35,897 nucleotides of DNA from Welwitschia mirabilis (Eukaryota). Positions 34,871 through 35,897 of the stretch are shown in pieces. The stretch's first letter is position 1. Each line of letters starts with the position of its first letter. The stretch covers positions 4,944,485 through 4,980,381 of the forward strand of contig JBOZIK010000001.1 in assembly GCA_051453625.1 (NCBI GenBank), given 5' to 3'. The position numbers and the translations under genes were made by a program. A model generated the notes under the pieces. It was not told where the DNA came from and searched no databases. It saw nothing but the letters and a program-made list of their open reading frames with translations.

Positions 34871-35649
34871 TTATTTTAAAAGAACTTTATGAAATAATGG
34901 GTAATTAAAGCCCTCTTTCCCAACCAATTTTATCTTCCCTTTTTAAAACTATTTTCTCTTGCTTTACTTGAAAAGAGTTGGTAAATTTTTACTTTGTTAA
35001 CCTTCAAAATTTACATATCAAGTTCCTAAGGAAGTACCACTTAGTATCCCTTTTTTATCTTCCTTACTATTCATAATTGATTTTTTTTATTAATTCCTAT
35101 TTACAAAGTAAGTGGAAAATGAAAAAAAGGCATCAAAAGAAATGATAAGGATACTAACAAAAGGACTTCAGTGAACAAATTGATGATTTTCTCAAGGGTT
35201 CAAAACTTAGGATAATATTAAATGGGCTAAAGAGGATGGGTTGATTGCTTGAAGAAAGTGATAGAATAAGGACTGTTATAGAGGAAAAATACTACTTAAC
35301 TCCAGGCACTGTGGTTTGATCTAGCCATAATGAAATATGAAACTGCTATAAAAATTGTTAAGCATGACAACTTTCAGATCTCAGCATTTCTTTCTTGATA
35401 ACAAAAGAGGCAACGCAAATGTGAAGGCAAAATCAAACTTTTATTTCTGTAGAGAAGAGTGCTTACTCATTAGATGCAGATTTCTTTTTAGATGCAAGAA
35501 ACAATAAGAAAGAATGAAGCCAGAGGAGTCCAGAGATGCAGCTCAGCTATGTTCTCATTCTTGTGTAGGTGCGTTATCAAAGCAAGCATGGGAGGAATTA
35601 GAAATAAAATGCCTCTGGCAGTAGAAAAAGCTTTCTGGGATAAGTAAAT

Positions 35650-35758
35650 CTATTGAAACTTGATGTGCCTCTTGAAGATCCATAGAGAAGTTCTTGCCAA
35701 ATTCTCAAGTCTTGCTTCTCTTTCTGCAATGCTAACGAAGTTACTCGCTGTTATGAAC
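35650..35758 (-). CDS. Candidate terminal coding exon of an unidentified gene lying beyond the window
   Basis: Minus-strand acceptor ...TTACAACCAG followed by G-FITASNFVSIAEREARLENLARTSLWIFKRHIKFQ*. The surrounding DNA retains CG and CAG/CTG, unlike the TEs. Protein not recognised. Confidence 0.3.
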
Positions 35759-35897
35759 CTGGTTGTAACTATGCAAACAAAGCATAAAAGTTGTAAATAG
35801 ATGACCACTTCAAGGGGGTCAAGCCTTCAATAATCACTTCGAGGGTGATTGGCCTCTAAACATACAATGTCACTTTTATTTGATAATGTCAAAGCAT

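Noticed and set aside
35555-35647. Plus-strand acceptor TTGTGTAG|G, in phase with GMC exon 1 (CVIKASMGG...WDK*)
   Set aside because: It is 11 kb away with no family similarity, and the proximal exon already gives the conserved end.
1-35897. CRISPR arrays, rRNA or tRNA genes, prokaryotic operons
   Set aside because: No regularly spaced repeat-spacer array or RNA-gene signature; the content is plant nuclear.

Overview
Very AT-rich, gap-ridden eukaryotic DNA, almost certainly a land-plant nuclear genome, inferred from plant-specific LTR lineages and a plant GMC gene; the species cannot be identified. One intact host gene is visible: a secreted HOTHEAD/mandelonitrile-lyase-family GMC oxidoreductase. 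It has exon 1 at 22994-24531, a 348-nt GT-AG intron and exon 2 at 24880-24964 (540 aa; the ORF track reads into the intron), and it forms a GC/CpG-rich island. The rest is nested transposon remnants strongly eroded at CG/CHG sites. A minus-strand Athila-like Ty3 element is inserted into a related plus-strand element, whose 3' region appears to carry a decayed inverted repeat, a decayed F-box ORF and an env-like ORF. Next come a minus-strand SIRE-like Ty1/copia pol and a possible MULE/SWIM remnant. Downstream of the gene, a CRM-like chromovirus is interrupted by a Tekay/Del-like element with a ~3.55-kb LTR and only ~117 bp of internal sequence, which is itself interrupted by a gag-only copia element. 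The most unusual signal is the F-box ORF and its flanking complementary motifs inside the retrotransposon 3' region. All TE protein calls come from manual translation of stop-riddled sequence and need HMM confirmation.
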